A DNA stretch of 64,000 bases, taken from NCBI GenBank assembly GCA_964016885.1, contig OZ024741.1, positions 32,488,001-32,552,000 of the forward strand. Reading direction: 5' to 3'. The translations under genes were made by a program, and so were the position numbers. Shown here piece after piece: positions 1 through 14,100 of this stretch (position 1 is the stretch's first letter; each line of letters starts with the position of its first letter). This stretch comes from Eledone cirrhosa. Lineage: Eukaryota. The notes under the pieces were generated by a model. That model had not been told where the DNA came from. It ran no database searches and saw only the letters and a program-made list of their open reading frames with translations.

Positions 1-157
1 GTAATAAGCCTACATATCTCAGTTGTTATGCAACATGGCTGTATAATATTTGTACTTATTCCAGATGTAATAAGCCTACATATCTCAGATGTTATACAAC
101 ATGGCTGTATAATATTTGTATTTATTCCAGATGTAATAAGCCTACATTTCGCAGTTG

Positions 158-178
158 TTATACAGCATGGCTGTATAA
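158..178. other. Inverted repeat within the monomer (representative perfect copy TTATACAGC-ATG-GCTGTATAA)
   Basis: The 9-bp arms are exact reverse complements around a 3-nt spacer. Consensus monomers carry the same dyad with one mismatch (TTATACAAC-ATG-GCTGTATAA). Confidence 0.9.
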
Positions 179-3100
179 TATTTGTATTTATTCCAGATGT
201 AATAAGCCTACATATCTCAGATGTTATACAACATGGCTGTATAAGTTTTTGTATTTATTCCATATGTAATAAGCCTACATTTCGCAGTTGTTATACAGCA
301 TGGCTGTATAATATTTGTATTTATTCAAGATGTAATAAGCCTACATATCTCAAATGTCATACAACATGGCTGTATAATATTTGTATTTATTCCAGATGTA
401 ATAAGCCTACATATCTCAGTTGTTATACAACATGTCTGTATAATATTTGTATTTATTCCAGATGTAATAAGCCTACATATCTCAGTTGTTATACAACATG
501 GCTGTATAATATTTGTATTTATTCCAGATGTAATATGCCTACATATCTCAGTTGTTACACAACATGGCTGTATAATATTTGTATTTATTCCAGATGTAAT
601 AAACATACATGTCTCAGTTGTTATACAACATGTCTGTATAATATCTGTATTTATTCCAGATGTAATAAGCCTACATATCTCAGTTGTTATACAACATGGC
701 TGTATAATATTTGTATTTATTCCAGATGTAATATGCCTACATATCTCAGTTGTTATACAAAATGGCTGTATAATATTTGTATTTATTCCAGATTTAATAA
801 GCTTACATATCTCAGTTGTTATGCAACATGGCTGTATAATATTTGTATTTATTCCAGATGTAATAAGCCTACATATCTCAGATGTTATACAACATGGCTG
901 TATAATATTTGTATTTATTCCAGATGTAATAAGCCTACATTTCGCAGTTGTTATACAGCATGGCTGTATAATATTTGTATTTATTCCAGATGTAATAAGC
1001 CTACATATCTCAGATGTTATACAACATGGCTGTATAATATTTGTATTTATTCCATATGTAATAAGCCTACATTTCGCAGTTGTTATACAGCATGGCTGTA
1101 TAATATTTGTATTTATTCAAGATGTAATAAGCCTACATAACTCAATTGTCATACAACATGGCTGTATAATATTTGTATTTATTCCAGATGTAATAAGCCT
1201 ACATATCTCAGTTGTTATACAACATGGCTGTATAATATTTGTATTTATTCCAGATGTAATAAGCCTACATATCTCAGTTGTTATACAACATGGCTGTATA
1301 ATATTTGTATTTATTCCAGATGTAATAAGCCTACATATCTCAGTTGTTATACAACATGGCTGTATAATATTTGTATTTATTGCAGATGTAATAAACCTAC
1401 ATATCTCAGATGTTATACAACATGGCTGTAGATTATTTGTATTTATTCCAGATGTAATAAACCTACATATCTCAGATGTTATACAACATGGCTGTATAAT
1501 ATTTGTATTTATTCCAGATGTAATAAGCCTACATATCTCAGTTGTTATGCAACATGGCTGTATAATATTTGTATTTATTCCAGATGTAATATGCCTACAT
1601 ATCTCAGTTGTTATACAACATGGCTGTATAATATTTGTATTTATTCCAGATGTAATAAACCTACATATCTCAGTTGTTATACAACATGGCTGTATAATAT
1701 TTGTATTTATTCCAGATGTAATATGCCTACATATCTCAGTTGTTATACAAAATGGCTGTATAATATTTGTATTTATTCCAGATGTAATAAGCCTACATAT
1801 CTCAGTTGTTATACAACATGGCTGTATAATATTTGTATTTATTCCAGATGTAATATGCCTACATATCTCAGTTGTTATACAACATGGCTGTATAATATTT
1901 GTATTTATTCCAGATGTAATAAGCCTACATATCTCAGTCGTTATGCAACATGGCTGTATAATATTTGTATTTATTCCAGATGTAATATGCCTACATATCT
2001 CAGTTGTTATACAACATGGCTGTATAATATTTGTATTTATTCCAGATGTAATAAGCCTACATATCTCAGTTGTTATGCAACATGGATGTATAATATTTGT
2101 ATTTATTCCAGATGTAATAAGCCTACATATCTCAGATGTTATACAACATGGCTGTATAATATTTGTATTTATTCCATATGTAATAAGCCTACATTTCGCA
2201 GTTGTTATACAGCATGGCTGTATAATATTTGTATTTATTCAAGATGTAATAAGCCTACATATCTCAATTGTCATACAACATGGCTGTATAATATTTGTAT
2301 TTATTCCAGATGTAATAAGCCTACATATCTCAGTTGTTGTACAACATGGCTGTATAATATTTGTATTTATTGCAGATGTAATAAATCTACATATTTCAGA
2401 TGTTATACAACATGGCTGTAGACTATTTGTATTTATTCCAGATGTAATAAACCTACATATCTCAGATGTTATACAACATGGCTGTATAATATTTGTATTT
2501 ATTCCAGATGTAATAAGCCTACATATCTCAGATGTTATACAACATGGCTGTATAATATTTGTATTTATTCCAGATCTAATAAGCCTACATATCTCAGATT
2601 TTATACAACATGGCTGTATAATATTTGTACTTATTGCAGTTGTAATAAGCCTACATATCTCAGATGTTATACAACATGGCTGTATACTATTTCTATTTAT
2701 TCCAGATGTAATAAGCCTACATATCTCAGATGTTATACAACATGGCTGTATAATATTTGTATTTATTCCAGATGTAATATGCCTACATATCTCAGTTGTT
2801 ATACAACATGGCTGTATAATATTTGTATTTATTCCAGATGTAATAAATCTACATATCTCAGTTGTTATACAACATGTCTGTATAATATTTGTATTTATTC
2901 CAGATGTAATAAGCCTACATATCTCAGTTGTTATACAACATGGCTGTATAATATTTGTATTTATTCCAGATGTAATATGCCTACATATCTCAGTTTTTAT
3001 ACAACATGGCTGTATAATATTTGTATTTATTGCAGATGTAATAAGCCTACATATCTCAGTTGTTATACAACATGGCTGTATAATATTTGTATTTATTCCA

Positions 3101-5149
3101 GATTTAATAAGCCTACATATCTCAGTTGTTATACAACATGTCTGTATAATATTTGTATTTATTCCAGATGTAATAAGCCTACATATCTCAGTTCTTATAC
3201 AACATGGCTGTATAATATTTGTATTTATTCCAGATGTAATATGCCTACATATCTCAGTTGTTATACAACATGGCTGTATAATATTTGTATTTATTCCAGA
3301 TGTAATAAACCTACATATCTCAGTTGTTATACAACATGTCTGTATAATATCTGTATTTATTCCAGATGTAATAAGCCTACATATCTCAGTTGTTATACAA
3401 CATGGCTGTATAATATTTGTATTTATTCCAGATGTAATATGCCTACATATCTCAGTTGTTATACAACATGGCTGTATAATATTTGTATTTATTCCAGATG
3501 TAATAAGCCTACATATCTCAGTTGTTATGCAACATGGCTGTATAATATTTGTATTTATTCCAGATGTAATAAGCCTACATATCTCAGATGTTATACAACA
3601 TGGCTGTATAATATTTGTATTTATTCCAGATGTAATAAGCCTACATTTCGCAGTTGTTATACAGCATGGCTGTATAATATTTGTATTTATTCCAGATGTA
3701 ATAAGCCTACATATCTCAGATGTTATACAACATGGCTGTATAAGTTTTTGTATTTATTCCATATGTAATAAGCCTACATTTCGCAGTTGTTATACAGCAT
3801 GGCTGTATAATATTTGTATTTATTCAAGATGTAATAAGCCTACATATCTCAAATGTCATACAACATGGCTGTATAATATTTGTATTTATTCCAGATGTAA
3901 TAAGCCTACATATCTCAGTTGTTATACAACATGTCTGTATAATATTTGTATTTATTCCAGATGTAATAAGCCTACATACCTCAGTTGTTATACAACATGG
4001 CTGTATAATATTTGTATTTATTCCAGATGTAATATGCCTACATATCTCAGTTGTTATACAACATGGCTGTATAATATTTGTATTTATTCCAGATGTAATA
4101 AACCTACATGTCTCAGTTGTTATACAACATGTCTGTATAATATCTGTATTTATTCCAGATGTAATAAGCCTACATATCTCAGTTGTTATATAACATGGCT
4201 GTATAATATTTGTATTTATTCCAGATGTAATATGCCTACATATCTCAGTTGTTATACAACATGGCTGTATAATATTTGTATTTATTCCAGATGTAATAAG
4301 CCTACATATCTCAGTTGTTATGCAACATGGCTGTATAATATTTGTATTTATTCCAGATGTAATAAGCCTACATATCTCAGATGTTATACAACATGGCTGT
4401 ATAATATTTGTATTTATTCCAGATGTAATAAGCCTACATTTCGCAGTTGTTATACAGCATGGCTGTATAATATTTGTATTTATTCCAGATGTAATAAGCC
4501 TACATATCTCAGATGTTATACAACATGGCTGTATAATATTTGTATTTATTCCATATGTAATAAGCCTACATTTCGCAGTTGTTATACAGCATGGCTGTAT
4601 AATATTTGTATTTATTCAAGATGTAATAAGCCTACATATCTCAATTGTCATACAACATGGCTGTATAATATTTGTATTTATTCCAGATGTAATAAGCCTA
4701 CATATCTCAGTTGTTATACAATATGGCTGTATAATATTTGTATTTATTCCAGATGTAATAAGCCTACATATCTCAGTTGTTATACAACATGGCTGTATAA
4801 TATTTGTATTTATTCCAGATGTAATAAGCCTACATATCTCAGTTGTTATACAACATGGCTGTATAATATTTGTATTTATTGCAGATGTAATAAACCTACA
4901 TATCTCAGATGTTATACAACATGGCTGTAAACTATTTGTATTTATTCCAGATGTAATAAACCTACATATCTCAGATGTTATACAACATGGCTGTAGACTA
5001 TTTGTATTTATTCCAGATGTAATAAACCTACATATCTCAGATGTTATACAACATGGCTGTAGACTATTTGTATTTATTCCAGATGTAATAAGCCTACATA
5101 TCTCAATTGTCATACAACATGGCTGTATAATATTTGTATTTATTCCAGA

Positions 5150-8100
5150 TGTAATAAGCCTACATATCTCAGTTGTTGTACAACATGGCTGTATAATATT
5201 TGTATTTATTGCAGATGTAATAAATCTACATATTTCAGATGTTATACAACATGGCTGTAGACTATTTGTATTTATTCCAGATGTAATAAACCTACATATC
5301 TCAGATGTTATACAACATGGCTGTATAATATTTGTATTTATTCCAGATGTAATAAGCCTACATATCTCATATGTTATACAACATGGCTGTATAATATTTG
5401 TATTTATTCCAGATCTAATAAGCCTACATATCTCAGATTTTATACAACATGGCTGTATAATATTTGTACTTATTGCAGTTGTAATAAGCCTACATATCTC
5501 AGATGTTATACAACATGGCTGTATACTATTTCTATTTATTCCAGATGTAATAAGCCTACATATCTCAGATGTTATACAACATGGCTGTATAATATTTGTA
5601 TTTATTCCAGATGTAATAAGCCTACATATCTCAGTTGTTATACAACATGGCTGTATAATATTTGTATTTATTCCAGATGTAATATGCCTACATATCTCAG
5701 TTTTTATACAACATGGCTGTATAATATTTGTATTTATTGCAGATGTAATAAGCCTACATATCTCAGTTGTTATACAACATGGCTGTATAATATTTGTATT
5801 TATTCCAGATTTAATAAGCCTACATATCTCAGTTGTTATACAACATGTCTGTATAATATTTGTATTTATTCAAGATGTAATAAGCCTACATATCTCAGTT
5901 GTTATACAACATGGCTGTATAATATTTGTATTTATTCCAGATGTAATATGCCTACATATCTCAGTTGTTATACAACATGGCTGTATAATATTTGTATTTA
6001 TTCCAGATGTAATAAACCTACATATCTCAGTTGTTATACAACATGTCTGTATAATATCTGTATTTATTCCAGATGTAATAAGCCTACATATCTCAGTTGT
6101 TATACAACATGGCTGTATAATATTTGTATTTATTCCAGATGTAATATGCCTACATATCTCAGTTGTTATACAACATGGCTGTATAATATTTGTATTTATT
6201 CCAGATGTAATAAGCCTACATATCTCAGTTGTTATGCAACATGGCTGTATAATATTTGTATTTATTCCAGATGTAATAAGCCTACATATCTCAGATGTTA
6301 TACAACATGGCTGTATAATATTTGTATTTATTCCAGATGTAATAAGCCTACATTTCGCAGTTGTTATACAGCATGGCTGTATAATATTTGTATTTATTCC
6401 AGATGTAATAAGTCTACGTATCTCAGATGTTATACAACATGGCTGTATAAGTTTTTGTATTTATTCCATATGTAATAAGCCTACATTTCGCAGTTGTTAT
6501 ACAGCATGGCTGTATAATATTTGTATTTATTCAAGATGTAATAAGCCTACATATCTCAAATGTCATACAACATGGCTGTATAATATTTGTATTTATTCCA
6601 GATGTAATAAGCCTACATATCTCAGTTGTTATACAACATATCTGTATAATATTTGTATTTATTCCAGATGTAATAAGCCTACATATCTCAGTTGTTATAC
6701 AACATGGCTGTATAATATTTGTATTTATTCCAGATGTAATATGCCTACATATCTCAGTTGTTATACAACATGGCTGTATAATATTTGTATTTATTCCAGA
6801 TGTAATAAACCTACATGTCTCAGTTGTTATACAACATGTCTGTATAATATCTGTATTTATTCCAGATGTAATAAGCCTACATATCTCAGTTGTTATATAA
6901 CATGGCTGTATAATATTTGTATTTATTCCAGATGTAATATGCCTACATATCTCAGTTGTTATACAACATGGCTGTATAATATTTGTATTTATTCCAGATG
7001 TAATAAGCCTACATATCTCAGTTGTTATGCAACATGGCTGTATAATATTTGTATTTATTCCAGATGTAATAAGCCTACATATCTCAGATGTTATACAACA
7101 TGGCTGTATAATATTTGTATTTATTCCAGATGTAATAAGCCTACATTTCGCAGTTGTTATACAGCATGGCTGTATAATATTTGTATTTATTCCAGATGTA
7201 ATAAGCCTACATATCTCAGATGTTATACAACATGGCTGTATAATATTTGTATTTATTCCATATGTAATAAGCCTACATTTCGCAGTTGTTATACAGCATG
7301 GCTGTATAATATTTGTATTTATTCAAGATGTAATAAGCCTACATATCTCAATTGTCATACAACATGGCTGTATAATATTTGTATTTATTCCAGATGTAAT
7401 AAGCCTACATATCTCAGTTGTTATACAATATGGCTGTATAATATTTGTATTTATTCCAGATGTAATAAGCCTACATATCTCAGTTGTTATACAACATGGC
7501 TGTATAATATTTGTATTTATTCCAGATGTAATATGCCTACATATCTCAGTTTTTATACAACATGGCTGTATAATATTTGTATTTATTGCAGATGTAATAA
7601 GCCTACATATCTCAGTTGTTATACAACATGTCTGTATAATATTTGTATTTATTCCAGATGTAATAAGCCTACATATCTCAGTTGTTATACAACATGGCTG
7701 TATAATATTTGTATTTATTCCAGATGTAATAAGCCTACATATCTCAGTTGTTATACAACATGTCTGTATAATATTTGTATTTATTCCAGATGTAATAAGC
7801 CTACATATCTCAGTTGTTATACAACATGGCTGTATAATATCTGTATTTATTCCAGATGTAATATGCCTACATATCTCAGTTGTTATACAAAATGGCTGTA
7901 TAATATTTGTATTTATTGCAGATGTAATAAATCTACATATCTCAGATGTTATACAACATGGCTGTAGACTATTTGTATTTATTCCAGATGTAATAAGCCT
8001 ACATATCTCAGATGTTATACAACATGGCTGTATAATATTTGTATTTATTCCAGATCTAATAAGCCTACATATCGCAGATTTTATACAACATGGCTGTATA

Positions 8101-11100
8101 ATATTTGTACTTATTGCAGATGTAATAAGCCTACATATCTCAGTTGTTATACAACATGGCTGTATAATATCTGTATTTATTCCAGATGTAATAAGCCTAC
8201 ATATCTCAGTTGTTATACAACATGGCTGTATAATATTTGTATTTATTCCAGATGTAATATGCCTACATATCTCAGTTGTTATACAACATGGCTGTATAAT
8301 ATTTGTATTTATTCCAGATGTAATATGCCTACATATCTCAGTTGTTATACAACATGGCTGTATAATATTTGTATGTATTCCAGATGTAATAAACCTACAT
8401 ATCTCAGTTGTTATACAACATGTCTGTATAATATCTGTATTTATTCCAGATGTAATAAGCCTACATATCTCAGTTGTTATACAACATGGCTGTATAATAT
8501 TTGTATTTATTCCAGATGTAATATGCCTACATATCTCAGTTGTTATACAACATGGCTGTATAATATTTGTATTTATTCCAGATGTAATAAGCCTACATAT
8601 CTCAGTTGTTATGCAACATGGCTGTATAATATTTGTATTTATTCCAGATGTAATAAGCCTACATATCTCAGATGTTATACAACATGGCTGTATAATATTT
8701 GTATTTATTCCAGATGTAATAAGCCTACATTTCGCAGTTGTTATACAGCATGGCTGTATAATATTTGTATTTATTCCAGATGTAATAAGCCTACATATCT
8801 CAGATGTTATACAACATGGCTGTATAATATTTGTATTTATTCCATATGTAATAAGCCTACATTTCGCAGTTGTTATACAGCATGGCTGTATAATATTTGT
8901 ATTTATTCAAGATGTAATAAGCCTACATATCTCAATTGTCATACAACATGGCTGTATAATATTTGTATTTATTCCAGATGTAATAAGCCTACATATCTCA
9001 GTTGTTATACAACATGTCTGTATAATATTTGTATTTATTCCAGATGTAATAAGCCTACATATCTCAGTTGTTATACAACATGGCTGTATAATATTTGTAT
9101 TTATTCCAGATGTAATATGCCTACATATCTCAGTTGTTATACAACATGGCTGTATAATATTTGTATTTATTCCAGATGTAATAAACCTACATATCTCAGT
9201 TGTTATACAACATGTCTGTATAATATCTGTATTTATTCCAGATGTAATAAGCCTACATATCTCAATTGTTATACAACATGGCTGTATAATATTTGTATTT
9301 ATTCCAGATGTAATATGCCTACATATCTCAGTTGTTATACAACATGGCTGTATAATATTTGTATTTATTCCAGATGTAATAAGCCTACATATCTCAGTTG
9401 TTATGCAACATGGATGTATAATATTTGTATTTATTCCAGATGTAATAAGCCTACATATCTCAGATGTTATACAACATGGCTGTATAATATTTGTATTTAT
9501 TCCATATGTAATAAGCCTACATTTCGCAGTTGTTATACAGCATGGCTGTATAATATTTGTATTTATTCAAGATGTAATAAGCCTACATATCTCAGTTGTT
9601 GTACAACATGGCTGTATAATATTTGTATTTATTGCAGATGTAATAAATCTACATATTTCAGATGTTATACAACATGGCTGTAGACTATTTGTATTTATTC
9701 CAGATGTAATAAACCTACATATCTCAGATGTTATACAACATGGCTGTATAATATTTGTATTTATTCCAGATGTAATAAGCCTACATATCTCATATGTTAT
9801 ACAACATGGCTGTATAATATTTGTATTTATTCCAGATCTAATAAGCCTACATATCTCAGATTTTATACAACATGGCTGTATAATATTTGTACTTATTGCA
9901 GTTGTAATAAGCCTACATATCTCAGATGTTATACAACATGGCTGTATACTATTTCTATTTATTCCAGATGTAATAAGCCTACATATCTCAGATGTTATAC
10001 AACATGGCTGTATAATATTTGTATTTATTCCAGATGTAATAAGCCTACATATCTCAGTTGTTATACAACATGGCTGTATAATATTTGTATTTATTCCAGA
10101 TGTAATATGCCTACATATCTCAGTTTTTATACAACATGGCTGTATAATATTTGTATTTATTGCAGATGTAATAAGCCTACATATCTCAGTTGTTATACAA
10201 CATGGCTGTATAATATTTGTATTTATTCCAGATTTAATAAGCCTACATATCTCAGTTGTTATACAACATGTCTGTATAATATTTGTATTTATTCAAGATG
10301 TAATAAGCCTACATATCTCAGTTGTTATACAACATGGCTGTATAATATTTGTATTTATTCCAGATGTAATATGCCTACATATCTCAGTTGTTATACAACA
10401 TGGCTGTATAATATTTGTATTTATTCCAGATGTAATAAACCTACATATCTCAGTTGTTATACAACATGTCTGTATAATATCTGTATTTATTCCAGATGTA
10501 ATAAGCCTACATATCTCAGTTGTTATACAACATGGCTGTATAATATTTGTATTTATTCCAGATGTAATATGCCTACATATCTCAGTTGTTATACAACATG
10601 GCTGTATAATATTTGTATTTATTCCAGATGTAATAAGCCTACATATCTCAGTTGTTATGCAACATGGCTGTATAATATTTGTATTTATTCCAGATGTAAT
10701 AAGCCTACATATCTCAGATGTTATACAACATGGCTGTATAATATTTGTATTTATTCCAGATGTAATAAGCCTACATTTCGCTGTTGTTATACAGCATGGC
10801 TGTATAATATTTGTATTTATTCCAGATGTAATAAGCCTACATATCTCAGATGTTATACAACATGGCTGTATAAGTTTTTGTATTTATTCCATATGTAATA
10901 AGCCTACATTTCGCAGTTGTTATACAGCATGGCTGTATAATATTTGTATTTATTCAAGATGTAATAAGCCTACATATCTCAAATGTCATACAACATGGCT
11001 GTATAATATTTGTATTTATTCCAGATGTAATAAGCCTACATATCTCAGTTGTTATACAACATATCTGTATAATATTTGTATTTATTCCAGATGTAATAAG

Positions 11101-14100
11101 CCTACATATCTCAGTTGTTATACAACATGGCTGTATAATATTTGTATTTATTCCAGATGTAATATGCCTACATATCTCAGTTGTTATACAACATGGCTGT
11201 ATAATATTTGTATTTATTCCAGATGTAATAAACCTACATGTCTCAGTTGTTATACAACATGTCTGTATAATATCTGTATTTATTCCAGATGTAATAAGCC
11301 TACATATCTCAGTTGTTATATAACATGGCTGTATAATATTTGTATTTATTCCAGATGTAATATGCCTACATATCTCAGTTGTTATACAACATGGCTGTAT
11401 AATATTTGTATTTATTCCAGATGTAATAAGCCTACATATCTCAGTTGTTATGCAACATGGCTGTATAATATTTGTATTTATTCCAGATGTAATAAGCCTA
11501 CATATCTCAGATGTTATACAACATGGCTGTATAATATTTGTATTTATTCCAGATGTAATAAGCCTACATTTCGCAGTTGTTATACAGCATGGCTGTATAA
11601 TATTTGTATTTATTCCAGATGTAATAAGCCTACATATCTCAGTTGTTATACAATATGGCTGTATAATATTTGTATTTATTCCAGATGTAATAAGCCTACA
11701 TATCTCAGTTGTTATACAACATGGCTGTATAATATTTGTATTTATTCCAGATGTAATATGCCTACATATCTCAGTTTTTATACAACATGGCTGTATAATA
11801 TTTGTATTTATTGCAGATGTAATAAGCCTACATATCTCAGTTGTTATACAACATGTCTGTATAATATTTGTATTTATTCCAGATGTAATAAGCCTACATA
11901 TCTCAGTTGTTATACAACATGGCTGTATAATATTTGTATTTATTCCAGATGTAATAAGCCTACATATCTCAGTTGTTATACAACATGTCTGTATAATATT
12001 TGTATTTATTCCAGATGTAATAAGCCTACATATCTCAGTTGTTATACAACATGGCTGTATAATATTTGTATTTATTCCAGATGTAATATGCCTACATATC
12101 TCAGTTGTTATACAAAATGGCTGTATAATATTTGTATTTATTGCAGATGTAATAAATCTACATATCTCAGATGTTATACAACATGGCTGTAGACTATTTG
12201 TATTTATTCCAGATGTAATAAGCCTACATATCTCAGATGTTATACAACATGGCTGTATAATATTTGTATTTATTCCAGATCTAATAAGCTTACATATCGC
12301 AGATTTTATACAACATGGCTGTATAATATTTGTACTTATTGCAGATGTAATAAGCCTACATATCTCAGTTGTTATACAACATGGCTGTATAATATCTGTA
12401 TTTATTCCAGATGTAATAAGCCTACATATCTCAGTTGTTATACAACATGGCTGTATAATATTTGTATTTATTCCAGATGTAATAAACCTACATATCTCAG
12501 TTGTTATACAACATGTCTGTATAATATCTGTATTTATTCCAGATGTAATAAGCCTACATATCTCAGTTGTTATACAACATGGCTGTATAATATTTGTATT
12601 TATTCCAGATGTAATATGCCTACATATCTCAGTTGTTATACAACATGGCTGTATAATATTTGTATTTATTCCAGATGTAATAAGCCTACATATCTCAGTT
12701 GTTATGCAACATGGCTGTATAATATTTGTATTTATTCCAGATGTAATAAGCCTACATATCTCAGATGTTATACAACATGGCTGTATAATATTTGTATTTA
12801 TTCCAGATGTAATAAGCCTACATTTCGCAGTTGTTATACAGCATGGCTGTATAATATTTGTATTTATTCCAGATGTAATAAGCCTACATATCTCAGATGT
12901 TATACAACATGGCTGTATAAGTTTTTGTATTTATTCCATATGTAATAAGCCTACATTTCGCAGTTGTTATACAGCATGGCTGTATAATATTTGTATTTAT
13001 TCAAGATGTAATAAGCCTACATATCTCAAATGTCATACAACATGGCTGTATAATATTTGTATTTATTCCAGATGTAATAAGCCTACATATCTCAGTTGTT
13101 ATACAACATATCTGTATAATATTTGTATTTATTCCAGATGTAATAAGCCTACATATCTCAGTTGTTATACAACATGGCTGTATAATATTTGTATTTATTC
13201 CAGATGTAATATGCCTACATATCTCAGTTGTTATACAACATGGCTGTATAATATTTGTATTTATTCCAGATGTAATAAACCTACATGTCTCAGTTGTTAT
13301 ACAACATGTCTGTATAATATCTGTATTTATTCCAGATGTAATAAGCCTACATATCTCAGTTGTTATATAACATGGCTGTATAATATTTGTATTTATTCCA
13401 GATGTAATATGCCTACATATCTCAGTTGTTATACAACATGGCTGTATAATATTTGTATTTATTCCAGATGTAATAAGCCTACATATCTCAGTTGTTATGC
13501 AACATGGCTGTATAATATTTGTATTTATTCCAGATGTAATAAGCCTACATATCTCAGATGTTATACAACATGGCTGTATAATATTTGTATTTATTCCAGA
13601 TGTAATAAGCCTACATTTCGCAGTTGTTATACAGCATGGCTGTATAATATTTGTATTTATTCCAGATGTAATAAGCCTACATATCTCAGATGTTATACAA
13701 CATGGCTGTATAATATTTGTATTTATTCCATATGTAATAAGCCTACATTTCGTAGTTGTTATACAGCATGGCTGTATAATATTTGTATTTATTCAAGATA
13801 TAATAAGCCTACATATCTCAATTCTCATACAACATGGCTGTATAATATTTGTATTTATTCCAGATGTAATAAGCCTACATATCTCAGTTGTTATACAATA
13901 TGGCTGTATAATATTTGTATTTATTCCAGATGTAATAAGCCTACATATCTCAGTTGTTATACAACATGGCTGTATAATATTTGTATTTATTCCAGATGTA
14001 ATATGCCTACATATCTCAGTTTTTATACAACATGGCTGTATAATATTTGTATTTATTGCAGATGTAATAAGCCTACATATCTCAGTTGTTATACAACATG

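Noticed and set aside
39-60. Bacterial -10 box (TATAAT) and LexA-like CTGTATA in every monomer
   Set aside because: There is no convincing -35 element or downstream gene. The CTGT/ACAG half-sites are in the wrong order and spacing for an SOS box (CTGT-N8-ACAG). Such motifs are expected in AT-rich repeats.
146-165. CENP-B box in the TTTCGCAG variant monomers
   Set aside because: Only the TTCG part is present. The downstream A..CGGG required by nTTCGnnnnAnnCGGGn is absent.
1-198. Trimer length (198 bp) matching a nucleosome repeat length
   Set aside because: I saw no 3-monomer periodicity in the variants. This is numerical coincidence without MNase data.
1390-1400. AATAAA polyadenylation signals in ATAAACC/ATAAATC variants and ATTTA elements in each monomer
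   Set aside because: Short AT-rich motifs with no transcript context; chance occurrence.
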